A stretch of DNA of 64,000 bases from a virus (lineage: Duplodnaviria; Caudoviricetes). The DNA lies in the IMG/VR virus record IMGVR_UViG_3300031908_000001, positions 1 to 64,000 of that record, one strand, 5' to 3'. Position numbers and translations under genes: made by a program. Of this stretch, positions 41,107 to 51,401 are shown piece by piece. Below the pieces are notes generated by a model. That model did no database searches and was not told where the DNA came from. It saw nothing but the letters and a program-made list of their open reading frames with translations. Positions within the stretch are counted from its first letter, which is position 1. Every line of letters starts with the position of its first letter.

Positions 41107-41773
41107 TGTCTAAAATTATTTTTTCTTTAAAAACTATATCTCTTATTATTGTAGCTGGAATAAGCTGTGGAACTTTTACTTCATAAGAAATTCCAACGCC
41201 CAACATTCTTAAAAATATATGTGCTGGCACCTGCTCTTGATTTATTGTAAGATCCTGGCCAGATAATTTCATTTCGCTAAGTCCCCACGATACTTGAATT
41301 GACTGTTGCATAGAAATTAAGCCAGCTCTCAACACTTCATAAATTAAAAGTGCCTCCAATGGGTTTTGAGAGGTAATTATCAAATTATATTGGGTATCAT
41401 ATCTTCTTGTCATTATTGGAACATATTCGCCTCTTGCATCATTATAATCTGAATCTTGATATCCTTCATCGACCCCAATGCCATCGGCCCCTGGATTTTC
41501 TGATGGGAGAGTAACATGAATAGTGGGTATTGCGGACCTCTTTGCATCAAAAAATAATTTTACATCTATTCCCTCAAGCTCATTTACATCCTGAGTAAAT
41601 ATATGCTTACCCTGATGATAATAGTCATAGTTTCCAATTGTTGTACCTACACCAAATAATTTAAATAAATAAGTATCCTCTTCTTCATTTATTCTAAAAT
41701 CCTCTCTTATCCATTCTAAGAATGTTTTAATAATTTTTTGAAGTCTTATCTGTGGTAAAATTAATGTATCCAT
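41093..41773 (-). CDS. tail completion/terminator-like protein
   Basis: PTIHVTLPSE motif and neck-module position; start taken at MDTLILPQ. Confidence 0.55.
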   Translation of the reverse strand: MDTLILPQIRLQKIIKTFLEWIREDFRINEEEDTYLFKLFGVGTTIGNYDYYHQGKHIFTQDVNELEGIDVKLFFDAKRSAIPTIHVTLPSENPGADGIGVDEGYQDSDYNDARGEYVPIMTRRYDTQYNLIITSQNPLEALLIYEVLRAGLISMQQSIQVSWGLSEMKLSGQDLTINQEQVPAHIFLRMLGVGISYEVKVPQLIPATIIRDIVFKEKIILDNGIN

Positions 41774-41775
41774 TT

Positions 41776-42579
41776 TTATAAGTTTAAGTATTGTGCCATC
41801 CAAATATTTTGAGCTATTTCAACCTCTCTATCTACGTCAAATTTTGATAAAGCTGAATCTGATATATTTTTTGCAGTTAATCCTGGATATATCCAGCTAT
41901 TTGGATCAGAATTTAAACTAACTCTCCTAAAACTCTTATAAGTATTCTGTCCAGTTACAGAATCTTGAAATTTACTTATGCCCTGATAAATAGAATGCTT
42001 ATTTTCATAAGCTTCAAATTTTTTATCGGCTAATGCTATTTCCGGCCTAACTTTTGGTCTTGACAAGAAGTCTGGAACGTTTTTTAAGTCACTTAAACTT
42101 ATACCGGAAGATCTCTTTCCTTCTCCATTTTGAATATTTGCCGGCTTATCTTTTACAATATCGTATATTTCTACAGGCATTTTTGCTGAAAACATTTCGC
42201 TTTCGCCTACTGCTCCAGGAGTAGCAAATCTAAGTGGAATTGTTATATAAGCTTTTCCATCCTTATCAAATTTTACCTTTGAACTGGCAAGAAATCCGGC
42301 CTTCATATCAAAAGCAGAACAGCCCGATTCAATCATATTTGGAAATTTATTTACCAACATTACTGCACCGGAGAATTTTCCTTCATCTACTACAACCAAA
42401 GATTTTTGATAAATAGATCTAGTTGAATTAAGCTTTCTTCCAGCTTCAGCCATCCACCTTTCATAAAAATTTGAAGTAAGTCTTCTTACGACAAATGTTT
42501 TTAATTTATTTACATCTGCTTGTGTTATGTTTGGATACAATGCAGAAATCTTAGAGCTATCTATTAATATATTTATCAT
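41776..42579 (-). CDS. neck/tail completion protein
   Basis: PNMIESGCSAFDMK, YITIPLR, YKSFRRVSLNSDPNSWIYPG, SPO1/Twort-like neck pattern. Confidence 0.6.
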   Translation of the reverse strand: MINILIDSSKISALYPNITQADVNKLKTFVVRRLTSNFYERWMAEAGRKLNSTRSIYQKSLVVVDEGKFSGAVMLVNKFPNMIESGCSAFDMKAGFLASSKVKFDKDGKAYITIPLRFATPGAVGESEMFSAKMPVEIYDIVKDKPANIQNGEGKRSSGISLSDLKNVPDFLSRPKVRPEIALADKKFEAYENKHSIYQGISKFQDSVTGQNTYKSFRRVSLNSDPNSWIYPGLTAKNISDSALSKFDVDREVEIAQNIWMAQYLNL

Positions 42580-43352
42580 TTACAATCCCCCGAATCACTT
42601 ATATAGTCTGAATTGTCAAATAAATCTGCTGTCATGGTTGGTAATACATATTGAGATCTTCTGCCCCTATAATTTGTTATTAATTGACTCACGGGACCTT
42701 CTTGTGTCTTATTAACCATTGTTTCCCTAATAATATCAATTACATTAAAAGTAGGAGAATGAATATATCTTATAGATAATTGTATATTTTCTTTATAAAG
42801 GTATGAATCACTTAAAATAATTTTATTTTTATCGAAAGTGTAGTCAATATTTTCAATTAGTAATTTTAAAGGCTTATCACTTCCTGCAAACAAATAAATA
42901 CAAAGTATTTTTTTTATATTATATGTGCAATAAGAGGTCATCTTATTGTTTCTATTCTTTGGATAAAGAAGCTGAGAATATTCTACCTCTCCCTCAATTA
43001 CCTCTATTCTATCCATGTAAGATAATTTGTCAACTTCTCTTACAGTAATTGACACAGTTCCCAGCTTTTCCTCTGTCCAATCCTTATATATTGTATCAAG
43101 ATTCATCGAATGTAGCACTGCCTTAGTCTGAACCTTGTTTAAAAAGGTCCATCCGGTTCCTCCACAATTTCTGCAATCAGATAACTGAGCTTTGCCAGAT
43201 TCATCTGATCTACATGGACAAGATATTGCTTTTTCATAATAAATATCATATCCATTTTGCTGAATTACATTGTCAAAATTACTCTTGTAAAAGTAAACGC
43301 CTGGAACATTTTCCACATTTGGAGCTGGCGAAATTTTTACTTTTTTATTCAT
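42576..43352 (-). CDS. head completion/neck protein with Cys cluster
   Basis: EKAISCPC...DCRNCGGTGW, LSYMDRI. Confidence 0.65.
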   Translation of the reverse strand: MNKKVKISPAPNVENVPGVYFYKSNFDNVIQQNGYDIYYEKAISCPCRSDESGKAQLSDCRNCGGTGWTFLNKVQTKAVLHSMNLDTIYKDWTEEKLGTVSITVREVDKLSYMDRIEVIEGEVEYSQLLYPKNRNNKMTSYCTYNIKKILCIYLFAGSDKPLKLLIENIDYTFDKNKIILSDSYLYKENIQLSIRYIHSPTFNVIDIIRETMVNKTQEGPVSQLITNYRGRRSQYVLPTMTADLFDNSDYISDSGDCK

Positions 43353-44140
43353 TACAATGATGTGAATGGAATAGATCTATAATAATTCATTAACCTCTCT
43401 TTTTCCTCAGCCAACTCTTTTAAGTAATTTATTACCCTTGCTCCATATCCGGCGTTGGTTGCTGAAGCTGTACTGGCTATGCTTTGAGATAAGCCATCCA
43501 ATGATATGCTTTGAGAAGCTATGCCGGCTCCTAAAATAATATCACCCATAATATTGAATACTTGAATAGATGCATATTTCCCAATGAAATCAACCAAATC
43601 TTCTGGTATTTTATTGAAGCCAGTCTCATATTTTACTCTCCAGTAATTTGGAACATGGCCAACATTTGTAATTCCATAAAATGGAGCATATCCAGAATAT
43701 AGAACGCCGGTGGATGTAACTGTTCCAGACGTTGGAATTATATTTATAAGCCTTTGATAAGTTTTATTGTCAGATGTTTTTCTACAAGAAAGCCACTCGG
43801 ACGGATATTTTACTTGTTTGTAATTTGAGTAATACCCCTCTAAAGATAGAGGCTTTACAACCGGATATGTTGTCCTTATAAGTCCCCAATGTTTATGTTC
43901 ATCAAGAACAAAATCTTTTGAGTCTACTTCTATTACTTGTTTTCTTAACTTTAATTCTAAATACTCTTCTGTCTTATGCATAGCCATTCTCAAATAAAAT
44001 TCTAATGATGAATCTTTCATTTGATTGCCATTTGTTTCTTTTAAGGGTACTCCAAAAAAATACAAATCCTTAAAATCTTGAATAGACATTATAAGATCCC
44101 CCTTTATATTATAAGGGAGATCAATAGTAGTTTTAGCCAT
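43352..44140 (-). CDS. head-tail adaptor protein
   Basis: YLELKL, YETGF..IPEDL, GAGIASQSISLDGLSQS. Confidence 0.7.
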   Translation of the reverse strand: MAKTTIDLPYNIKGDLIMSIQDFKDLYFFGVPLKETNGNQMKDSSLEFYLRMAMHKTEEYLELKLRKQVIEVDSKDFVLDEHKHWGLIRTTYPVVKPLSLEGYYSNYKQVKYPSEWLSCRKTSDNKTYQRLINIIPTSGTVTSTGVLYSGYAPFYGITNVGHVPNYWRVKYETGFNKIPEDLVDFIGKYASIQVFNIMGDIILGAGIASQSISLDGLSQSIASTASATNAGYGARVINYLKELAEEKERLMNYYRSIPFTSL

Positions 44141-44561
44141 TTAGTTTTGGAGACAAATAATCAACCATTTCTTTTTTTGTTGCAATAGATATATATTCTT
44201 CTTCGGGTAATTTGGCTTCTTTAGCCGCTTCTTTTAGCTGCTTAAGGGTCAAATGTTTTAAATCAAATTCCGGCTCTTCTTCTTTTTCTTCAACTGAATC
44301 TATCTCTGGCTCGGCGGATTTTTCCTCATTTACTTTGGGGGCCTGTTCTTCTTCGGGTAATTTGGCTTCTTCTATATTCTCAAATACTTGAGAAGGATGA
44401 GCCAATTGCTCGAATTGAGTATGATATTTACTATTCAATATCTGCTCTCCTAGTTCATCACTTACTTCCGATTCACCAGCAATGTTAAATGCTATTTTGC
44501 CGAATTCTCCATAAGAAACGATCTGAGGTGCTTTCGGCCTTTCTATTAATTTAATAACCAT
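44133..44561 (-). CDS. acidic protein with C-terminal Rho-N/HeH-like helix pair
   Basis: LKHLTLKQLKEAAKE...TKKEMVDYL; directly after the capsid gene. Confidence 0.55.
   Translation of the reverse strand: MVIKLIERPKAPQIVSYGEFGKIAFNIAGESEVSDELGEQILNSKYHTQFEQLAHPSQVFENIEEAKLPEEEQAPKVNEEKSAEPEIDSVEEKEEEPEFDLKHLTLKQLKEAAKEAKLPEEEYISIATKKEMVDYLSPKLNG
44196..44371. repeat. 26-bp exact direct repeat, two copies 150 bp apart
   Basis: TTCTTCTTCGGGTAATTTGGCTTCTT at 44196-44221 and 44346-44371 (encodes EAKLPEEE twice). Confidence 0.85.
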
Positions 44562-44616
44562 TTTAGATTTTTGTTTAAATATTTGTAATAAAGATACTCT
44601 TTTTTTTCGTAAAATA

Positions 44617-44646
44617 AAAATAGGTAAGATTTCTCCTACCTATTTT
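44617..44646 (-). terminator. intrinsic terminator after the major capsid gene
   Basis: AAAATAGGTA...TACCTATTTT inverted repeat. Confidence 0.65.
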
Positions 44647-44669
44647 AGTTACTTAATGTTTACTAGTAA

Positions 44670-46145
44670 TTATCGTGCAATATTCTTGATAACGGTAATT
44701 TTTCTTAGCGCAAAGCAAGTCAAATTAAGATAAGCAAGAACCATAAATCTATCAGATTGGGCAAGACGTGGCAAATCTAATTTGAACATTGGGGCAAGTT
44801 GCTTAATTGTCCATACATCCATATCATTTTGGATCATAAACGCCTTTCTTGTTCCGGCAATGGTTCTGTTTTTATCAATTATGTGATTTGCTGCTCCCCC
44901 ATCATAACCAGCAACCTTTGCAGCCTTGCTGATAGAGATGATAGGATAAAGTGGTACAGCAGTTCCAAAAGTTGCTCCTTTTTCACTTCTATAGATCTTG
45001 TAACCTGTAGTTGTAGCATCTCCATCTGTAAATGTAATATCTGTTCCATCTCCGGCGGCTACAGCTATTACTGCACCACCTCCAAGATCAAGTAAAGCAG
45101 ATTCTCCATTTGGACCAACGGCGGCTACTGCGTAGATATAATTTCCAGCATCTCCAGCACCAAATAATGATCCAGTTGTTGCTGGAGTTGTTACAGTTGG
45201 TGCAGATGGTGTTGCAGGGCCAGTTCCTATTTGAGCTGAAGCAAGTGTTCTTGCCGCTCTCGAAGTATCCAAGAATACATCTTGAATCATTTTAACTGAT
45301 CCACCGGAAGTGTTAACTTCTGAAGGTACGGTTCCTACGGTTCCGGCAAACCCGCCTTGACCATTGGTCATTGGAAATCTTTGATTTGCAAAATGCGTAA
45401 TACCAAAGTCGGCCTTAGTTTTTGGATCTAAGAAGATTGTGTCTCCAAAACCAAAGTTGTTTATAATTCCTTGAGAAGCTGTCTCAAAATGAGCTTGCGT
45501 TAAAACTGCACCTCTTAAATCAAGAACGCTATCTGAAGCCGCCTCTATATCAAGAGAACCAAATTGTCTCTGATGTTGGGCATATATACCGTTAAATTCT
45601 TTTGTTGCAACTTCTGAATCTGCAAAAGCAAGAGCTCTATTTACCTTATGTAATAGGTAAATCATCTTGTTTCTTATTTCAGTCTGATAAAGATTACCAA
45701 CGTTGTTCTTAACCATTTGAGCAGCTAGAGAAACTTCTCCTTGAACCCCCATGAATTTGATCAACTCCATTCCTCTTGTATACACAGAGTCGGCAACGGC
45801 TGGCAATTCTGTTTCGCTTATGAAACCTCCACCATCTGCACCATATGAAAGCAATTGATTGTACTCTTCAACCGTGTTATAAGCAGCCATTTTAGGCACC
45901 CATTTGTACAGCTCAAGTTGACCTTCTTTAAAAGTTAAAGTCTTAAGGTTTGCATCCAAACTCTCAAGTTTTAACGATTGAGAACCAACATTTGTTAGTC
46001 CAGTTGTCTCTCTACCAGTTATAGTTCCGGCGGTTAGAGCTTTATTAAGATTATCTAATTGGTCGGCAGAGGATGAGCCCTCTAATAGACCATCTGCTCC
46101 AGCGCCCTGATAATCTGACATTGAAATTCCTAGATTTGGAGTCAT
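44670..46145 (-). CDS. major capsid protein (SPO1/Twort-like HK97 fold)
   Basis: LNKALTAG...SLKLESLDANLKTLTF, AYNTVEEYNQ, FADS...EFNGI, DLRG, QLAPMFKLDL, VIKNI. Confidence 0.9.
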   Translation of the reverse strand: MTPNLGISMSDYQGAGADGLLEGSSSADQLDNLNKALTAGTITGRETTGLTNVGSQSLKLESLDANLKTLTFKEGQLELYKWVPKMAAYNTVEEYNQLLSYGADGGGFISETELPAVADSVYTRGMELIKFMGVQGEVSLAAQMVKNNVGNLYQTEIRNKMIYLLHKVNRALAFADSEVATKEFNGIYAQHQRQFGSLDIEAASDSVLDLRGAVLTQAHFETASQGIINNFGFGDTIFLDPKTKADFGITHFANQRFPMTNGQGGFAGTVGTVPSEVNTSGGSVKMIQDVFLDTSRAARTLASAQIGTGPATPSAPTVTTPATTGSLFGAGDAGNYIYAVAAVGPNGESALLDLGGGAVIAVAAGDGTDITFTDGDATTTGYKIYRSEKGATFGTAVPLYPIISISKAAKVAGYDGGAANHIIDKNRTIAGTRKAFMIQNDMDVWTIKQLAPMFKLDLPRLAQSDRFMVLAYLNLTCFALRKITVIKNIAR

Positions 46146-46174
46146 TTGTTATAATTATTATTTTAGTTATTTAC

Positions 46175-47863
46175 TTATTTAGTTATTAAAATATTTTCTT
46201 GTTTCAATTTTAAAATTGCTTCTGGAGATAAACCAAGTGTTCCTGGTGTTACTTCATAAGTTGCAGCCTCTTTTGCCCAAAAATCATTTTCTGAATTTGA
46301 ATGACCCTTTTGAATTGCATCATAATTAACTTTGCCTGTAATTATGTTCATCAACTCTCTTTTGTTGCCAACAATTGACAAAGTTCTTACATTAGAAGGT
46401 GTTTCATTGTTAAATGATTTCTCAATGTAATTTGCTCCAGTAATTGCTTTTCTAACTGGCTCTTTTTCATATTCTTCCATTCTACCTGAAACTTCAGAAA
46501 GCTGTTTTGTCACCTCTGAAAGAGATTTTGACAAATCATTATTTACACCTTCAAATTTTTCAATAATGGTTTTAGTAATTATTCCAAATGATTTAATAAG
46601 ATCATCGGTTTTTTTATTGCTTTCTTCTGTAAGACTTTTAAATAAATCAGCTGCCTCAGATTTAGAAATCACTTCTACTGCTGGAGGGGCGGGTGTGGCT
46701 GGTTCAGTGGCGCCATCTTCTGATTTTTTTACATCGTCAGTTTTAGGAGCATCATCTTTATCCTCATCTTCCTCACCATCTTTTTTCTTCTTTTTATCTT
46801 TATCCTTCTTGTCCGAATCCTTGTCTCCTTCTTCTGCATTCTCTGATTTTACTACATCCTCATCTTTTTTAGGATCTGCATCAGATGCAGGCTTTTCACC
46901 TTTTGAAAAAACTTCTTCATAGTTTAATCCAATCATATCAAAAGCTTTGATAATTGATTCATTGGAAACTATGTCAGTATTATTATTATCCATCTTATCT
47001 TCTTTTTGTTTTTCGATTGCCTCAATCAAGACAACAATTTTTTCAGATTTATTTATATCGTAAATATAATTAAAAATTTTATCAAAAATAAAACTTTTAC
47101 TAAACTTTTTTGAAAAGTTTTTATTTTTATCCTTCTTTTTTTTCAAATGTTGTAATTTGCTGGCTCCCTCTAATGATTCTTTCATTACTGGATTTGTTTC
47201 AATTGCTACACCGGAAGTATCTGAAGTGGTTGTAATTGCCTTAATTATATTAAGCTCTTTATCTACAACAATCCTCTCTCCACTTACCTCTAAATCCAAT
47301 ATTGCTTCTACATCTCCGCCATTAATAAATGACTTAATAATATCTGGAGAGGTGGATTTGAGCAAAGTCATTTTTGTTCCTGGATTCTTTCCAATTAGAC
47401 ATATTGCGCAATGATGAATATCTGCTTCCTCTATGTGCTTATAACCAGAATCTTTTTTATCAGTTGATTTTCTCTTCGTTGCTTTTCCCTCAATTGAAAA
47501 ATGAAGAGATCTTCCAGAATTAGATTTTTCTAAAATTTCCTGTAATTGATACACCTTATCTGCTAAAGGGGAGTCATACAATTCCCCCTCTACATAAAGT
47601 ATATTGTCCTTTACTTCTGCTTTTGTTGGATATCCTATTGCAGCTAATAGTGGGTCTCCAGACATATGGGCCCAATTGAAGAAACCTTCTTGTAAAAAAA
47701 TTGATAAATCAAATCCATTTGGTTCAAGTATCTCATCATCGGCATCTTTCGTGTCTGTCGATGCTACTCCTCCAAACTTACGAACCTTCTTGCCGGAACT
47801 ATCCTGTTTCGCCTTTGAGAAAGTTACAGGAACAAACAAATTAAAATTATCTTCTGTATTCAA
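46175..47863 (-). CDS. prohead protease with C-terminal scaffold
   Basis: GVASTDTKDADDEIL, NWAH, IGYP, LYVEGEL, FSIEG protease motifs; acidic/Lys-rich coiled-coil tail; TTG start. Confidence 0.85.
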   Translation of the reverse strand: MNTEDNFNLFVPVTFSKAKQDSSGKKVRKFGGVASTDTKDADDEILEPNGFDLSIFLQEGFFNWAHMSGDPLLAAIGYPTKAEVKDNILYVEGELYDSPLADKVYQLQEILEKSNSGRSLHFSIEGKATKRKSTDKKDSGYKHIEEADIHHCAICLIGKNPGTKMTLLKSTSPDIIKSFINGGDVEAILDLEVSGERIVVDKELNIIKAITTTSDTSGVAIETNPVMKESLEGASKLQHLKKKKDKNKNFSKKFSKSFIFDKIFNYIYDINKSEKIVVLIEAIEKQKEDKMDNNNTDIVSNESIIKAFDMIGLNYEEVFSKGEKPASDADPKKDEDVVKSENAEEGDKDSDKKDKDKKKKKDGEEDEDKDDAPKTDDVKKSEDGATEPATPAPPAVEVISKSEAADLFKSLTEESNKKTDDLIKSFGIITKTIIEKFEGVNNDLSKSLSEVTKQLSEVSGRMEEYEKEPVRKAITGANYIEKSFNNETPSNVRTLSIVGNKRELMNIITGKVNYDAIQKGHSNSENDFWAKEAATYEVTPGTLGLSPEAILKLKQENILITK

Positions 47864-47963
47864 TTAAATCATAAACCTACTTTATTTACGATCTTTTTAT
47901 TTATTAAGCTCATAAATTATAAACTTTTGATAAAAATAATGATTTAATTTCAAAAATAAAAAT

Positions 47964-48884
47964 TTATTCATCTTTTGTTATTGTAACTTTTGGTTTTGGC
48001 AATCCTTCAACCTTCATTTTATATTTTTCATCATACAAATCAAATAATTGAGTTTCAGGATTCCACTTCATTCCCACTATAGCCCTGTGCCAAGTGCAAC
48101 GACAATAAGGATGAGTAGATCCCATTACTGGCAACCATTCTGAAGATTTTCTGCCTATATTATCTCCATTGGCTTCAATTTCTTCTGTAGTAAATAAAAT
48201 GGGCTCACTTCCGGCACCAGATGTTAAATATAATTTAATACAGTGCTTACATGCCTGGGCATATACCTGTCTATAAATTTTTGCTTCAGGGTCTTCTCTC
48301 TTGATTGCTGCAACTCTCCCCTCTTGGAATGCTGAATTACTTCTAAATTCCACTATCCTATCAAAATCACGTGAATAATCGCCTGTTCTATCCTGAATAT
48401 CTGAAACTACTTGCCTTAATGATTTTCTTTCCTGAATTCCTCTTTGCTCTTCTTCAGTAATCGCCTCAATCATTCTCTGCTTTCTTTCTTCAGATAAAAT
48501 TCTATCCCCTATTTGATTCCCGATTTTATCAGATAAACCCTTAATATCATTTACAGTTTGTTTTTTAATTGCTTCCAGAATATCATTTTCTTGTTTATTT
48601 AAAGGAATAAACCGGCCCGACTTCAGATATTTTTTAAAATCTTCATAAGTAATTTTATTTCCCTGAGTCTGATTTAATGCTTCTGAAAGAATTCCGAATT
48701 TAAATGATACGCCAAGTGTATCAATATTCTCAATTTTAGAAAGGTCTATTCCGAATTTCTCTAATAACTTTTTATCATCCTTTGTTAAAAAAGATTCGCC
48801 GACATGATTTACAATAAAAGTAAGATGATAATGTCTAATTATATCCAGTATCTCTTGTAACTGAGATGGGGATAATTTTAACAT
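47964..48884 (-). CDS. MuF/gp7-like head morphogenesis protein
   Basis: RDFDRIVEFRSNSAFQEGR, ACKHC, C-terminal THPYCRC. Confidence 0.8.
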   Translation of the reverse strand: MLKLSPSQLQEILDIIRHYHLTFIVNHVGESFLTKDDKKLLEKFGIDLSKIENIDTLGVSFKFGILSEALNQTQGNKITYEDFKKYLKSGRFIPLNKQENDILEAIKKQTVNDIKGLSDKIGNQIGDRILSEERKQRMIEAITEEEQRGIQERKSLRQVVSDIQDRTGDYSRDFDRIVEFRSNSAFQEGRVAAIKREDPEAKIYRQVYAQACKHCIKLYLTSGAGSEPILFTTEEIEANGDNIGRKSSEWLPVMGSTHPYCRCTWHRAIVGMKWNPETQLFDLYDEKYKMKVEGLPKPKVTITKDE

Positions 48885-49066
48885 TGTGCAGTATGGTTAA
48901 AATGAATTATTTGTCTGACAAATGTATGATTACATGCCCCATGTGTATGATATCTATTATTATTTAATTTGGCTTCAAGATCCAATATATGTTCTGTTTG
49001 AACATCAATAAGCTCTAATAAATCATCTATATATTTGTTTAATTGCGCTTTTTTAGGTTTTTTCAT
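48878..49066 (-). CDS. small hypothetical protein
   Basis: 62 aa with a His/Cys-rich C-terminus; overlaps both neighbours. Confidence 0.4.
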   Translation of the reverse strand: MKKPKKAQLNKYIDDLLELIDVQTEHILDLEAKLNNNRYHTHGACNHTFVRQIIHFNHTAQC

Positions 49067-49650
49067 AGTTCTAATGGTAAAATGTCCTCATTATTAATTA
49101 ACATAATTTTGTGAAGATTCTCATTTAAATCTAGCAAAAGATTCATATCCATCCAGGTATGCTTTCCGGCCCACATATAATTCTGATGTTCAGTATAATT
49201 TAAAATTATAGTTTCTGGATCTGAAATCGTTGCCCAAAAATATTTTATGTTTGCTTTATTTGAATCCTTCTCTGCTACAAACAAAGCATCATTTATCACT
49301 AACCCCGTTTCTTCTTGTAATTCCCTTATTGCAGCATCTTTTGCTTCTTCTCCTTTGTCAACATGGCCCCCTGGAAGTCCCCATGCATTTGGAGCAAAAC
49401 CATTCATTAAACTTCTTTTCAATAAAAGAACCTGATTGCTAGAATTGCAAAGTATGATATCTGCATAAAATTCTTTTTTCTTTGATTTTGGAGCCTGTTT
49501 TGCAAATGATTGATTTATCATTTTATCAAGTGGCTGTGGATTTTTGGCCATCTTCATCTGATCAGTGTCAGTGACGACATCAAGTATTGAAATCTCTATA
49601 TGAGATCTATTTGCAATAATTGCTTTTTTTATGTATCCACCTATATCCAT
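49063..49650 (-). CDS. Nudix hydrolase
   Basis: Complete Nudix box GGHVDKGEEAKDAAIRELQEETGL, plus VLLLKR and EH..YMW. Confidence 0.92.
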   Translation of the reverse strand: MDIGGYIKKAIIANRSHIEISILDVVTDTDQMKMAKNPQPLDKMINQSFAKQAPKSKKKEFYADIILCNSSNQVLLLKRSLMNGFAPNAWGLPGGHVDKGEEAKDAAIRELQEETGLVINDALFVAEKDSNKANIKYFWATISDPETIILNYTEHQNYMWAGKHTWMDMNLLLDLNENLHKIMLINNEDILPLEL

Positions 49651-49877
49651 TACTTTGAAAATTCTATTATTTTAGATAAGATATCTTTTGTCATATTTGC
49701 CACTGATTTTTGATAATTCTTCTTCATCTCATTCTCATACTGAATTATCATTTTAAATCTAGGGGGGTCCTTATACTCTGAAACTTTTTTTTTAAGTTTC
49801 ATTGGCTTTGCCTTAATAATCCAGCCCTTCTTTGGATCAATTTCGGCGCTATAAAAATCATTATCTATTATACACAT
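49650..49877 (-). CDS. hypothetical protein
   Basis: 75 aa, coupled between the ART and Nudix genes. Confidence 0.5.
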   Translation of the reverse strand: MCIIDNDFYSAEIDPKKGWIIKAKPMKLKKKVSEYKDPPRFKMIIQYENEMKKNYQKSVANMTKDILSKIIEFSK

Positions 49878-50839
49878 TACACTTCTTTCTTCTTTTTAGA
49901 TTTAGTAGCTTTCTTTTTCTCTGGTGTAGGGTCTTTGGTTACAAATTTACTCAAATCCAGATCCCTTGGCAATAATAACTCTTTTTCTCCGCCTCCAAGA
50001 TATGCATAATTTGTTCCAGCCGGTATTGTTAATTTATATATTTTTCCACCATCTGATTTAAACTGATAAGAAGCGTATGGATCTATAGATGTAGACTGAA
50101 AGGCTTTATCTTCCTTTAAACCCTCAGTACCAGATAAGCTTCTATAAACTACAAGATCTTCTTTTAATTTATGCTTCTTAATAGCTGAATCAATCTGATC
50201 AATTGTTTCTTGATCTTTCTTGCTTATTTTTACATTTTCTGGATCCCGCAGGAATCCATTTATTTTTTTATAATTTATAGAAACATAATCATCTAAAGCA
50301 TCTATCTCTTCATCAGTAAAATTTTGCTCTAAATTAGACTCTATGTCCCTAGTATCAGATTGAGCGGCATCTATTAATTTACCCTGCTTTACTCTATCCA
50401 TTTTCTTGAATTTTCCTGACTGAAGTGCATCAAATAATTTGCCATGCGCTATTGCATGAGTGTCATTTCCCTCTCCCCTCTTATCCAATTCAGCCTGGGC
50501 AATATTTTTAAGTTCTTTATCTTCTCCATTTTTCACATAATGTTCAAGATCATTTGTTGATGCATCTTTTGCATGCTCTTCGGACTCCTTTGCTTTAGAA
50601 TCTTTTTTTTCTTCTTCCGGCTCTTGACTATTGGTAGAAGCTTCTTTCTTTTCATCTTCGCCAATTTTTACATAGACTGTCCTTTTTTGTCCATTCTTGT
50701 CTGTAATTTCCTTTTTTTGTAATTCCGATATATTTTTTTTAGCCTTCTCCAAAGCATCAATGTCAATAGCCCCACTATCATAAGCCTTAGCTATATTGGT
50801 TATAGATTCTATAAGATTTTCTTCTGTTATTTCAATCAT
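49877..50839 (-). CDS. ADP-ribosyltransferase (VIP2/C3-like R-S-E class) with a long charged N-terminus
   Basis: ALDDY...YKKINGFLR, IDSAI, LVVYR (R), FQSTS (STS), IPAG, EKELLLPR (ExE). Confidence 0.85.
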   Translation of the reverse strand: MIEITEENLIESITNIAKAYDSGAIDIDALEKAKKNISELQKKEITDKNGQKRTVYVKIGEDEKKEASTNSQEPEEEKKDSKAKESEEHAKDASTNDLEHYVKNGEDKELKNIAQAELDKRGEGNDTHAIAHGKLFDALQSGKFKKMDRVKQGKLIDAAQSDTRDIESNLEQNFTDEEIDALDDYVSINYKKINGFLRDPENVKISKKDQETIDQIDSAIKKHKLKEDLVVYRSLSGTEGLKEDKAFQSTSIDPYASYQFKSDGGKIYKLTIPAGTNYAYLGGGEKELLLPRDLDLSKFVTKDPTPEKKKATKSKKKKEV

Positions 50840-51096
50840 TGCTTTATTGTTAGTGACTCTAAAAAATACGCCAATTCAGTCTCTCCCTCTATATCTATTA
50901 CTCTCTCGCCACCGATTAAATAATTTAATTGCAGATATATGTTTTTTGATTCATATTCTTCTTCAATTATTTTATAAAGTGCATATTGCATATCAAGAAG
51001 CTCATCTATAAAAAATAGATAATCTTCATCATGCAAACAAGACTTAATAAACAGTGTCTCATTTTTAATAATGCACTTTATAAAATAATATTCCAT
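50836..51096 (-). CDS. small acidic hypothetical protein
   Basis: 86 aa; 4-nt overlap with the ART start. Confidence 0.55.
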   Translation of the reverse strand: MEYYFIKCIIKNETLFIKSCLHDEDYLFFIDELLDMQYALYKIIEEEYESKNIYLQLNYLIGGERVIDIEGETELAYFLESLTIKQ

Positions 51097-51101
51097 TTTA
51101 G

Positions 51102-51392
51102 TTACTTAATAATATTGTCATTTTCTCCTAAATTCACTTTATTTGAGGTAGTCATCTGAGCACCAACAATTCCAAGAGCTCCACCAATTACTCCTATTCC
51201 AGAGCACCATTGACCAATTTGAATTAATATTTCTGGCAGAAATCCAGGAGCATTTGTTTCTGCCGTATAAATTCCCAATCCCAAAACTATTGAAATTGCC
51301 ACAACTTTCTTTAAAGCTTTTTGAATAGCTTTAGCTATTTTGGGGGTTTCGCTTTTCCATCTTTGAATTACTAGCTGTATTACTTTTTTCAT
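51102..51392 (-). CDS. holin-like membrane protein
   Basis: RWKSETPK basic N-terminus and two TM segments. Confidence 0.5.
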   Translation of the reverse strand: MKKVIQLVIQRWKSETPKIAKAIQKALKKVVAISIVLGLGIYTAETNAPGFLPEILIQIGQWCSGIGVIGGALGIVGAQMTTSNKVNLGENDNIIK

Positions 51393-51401
51393 TGTTTATT
51401 A

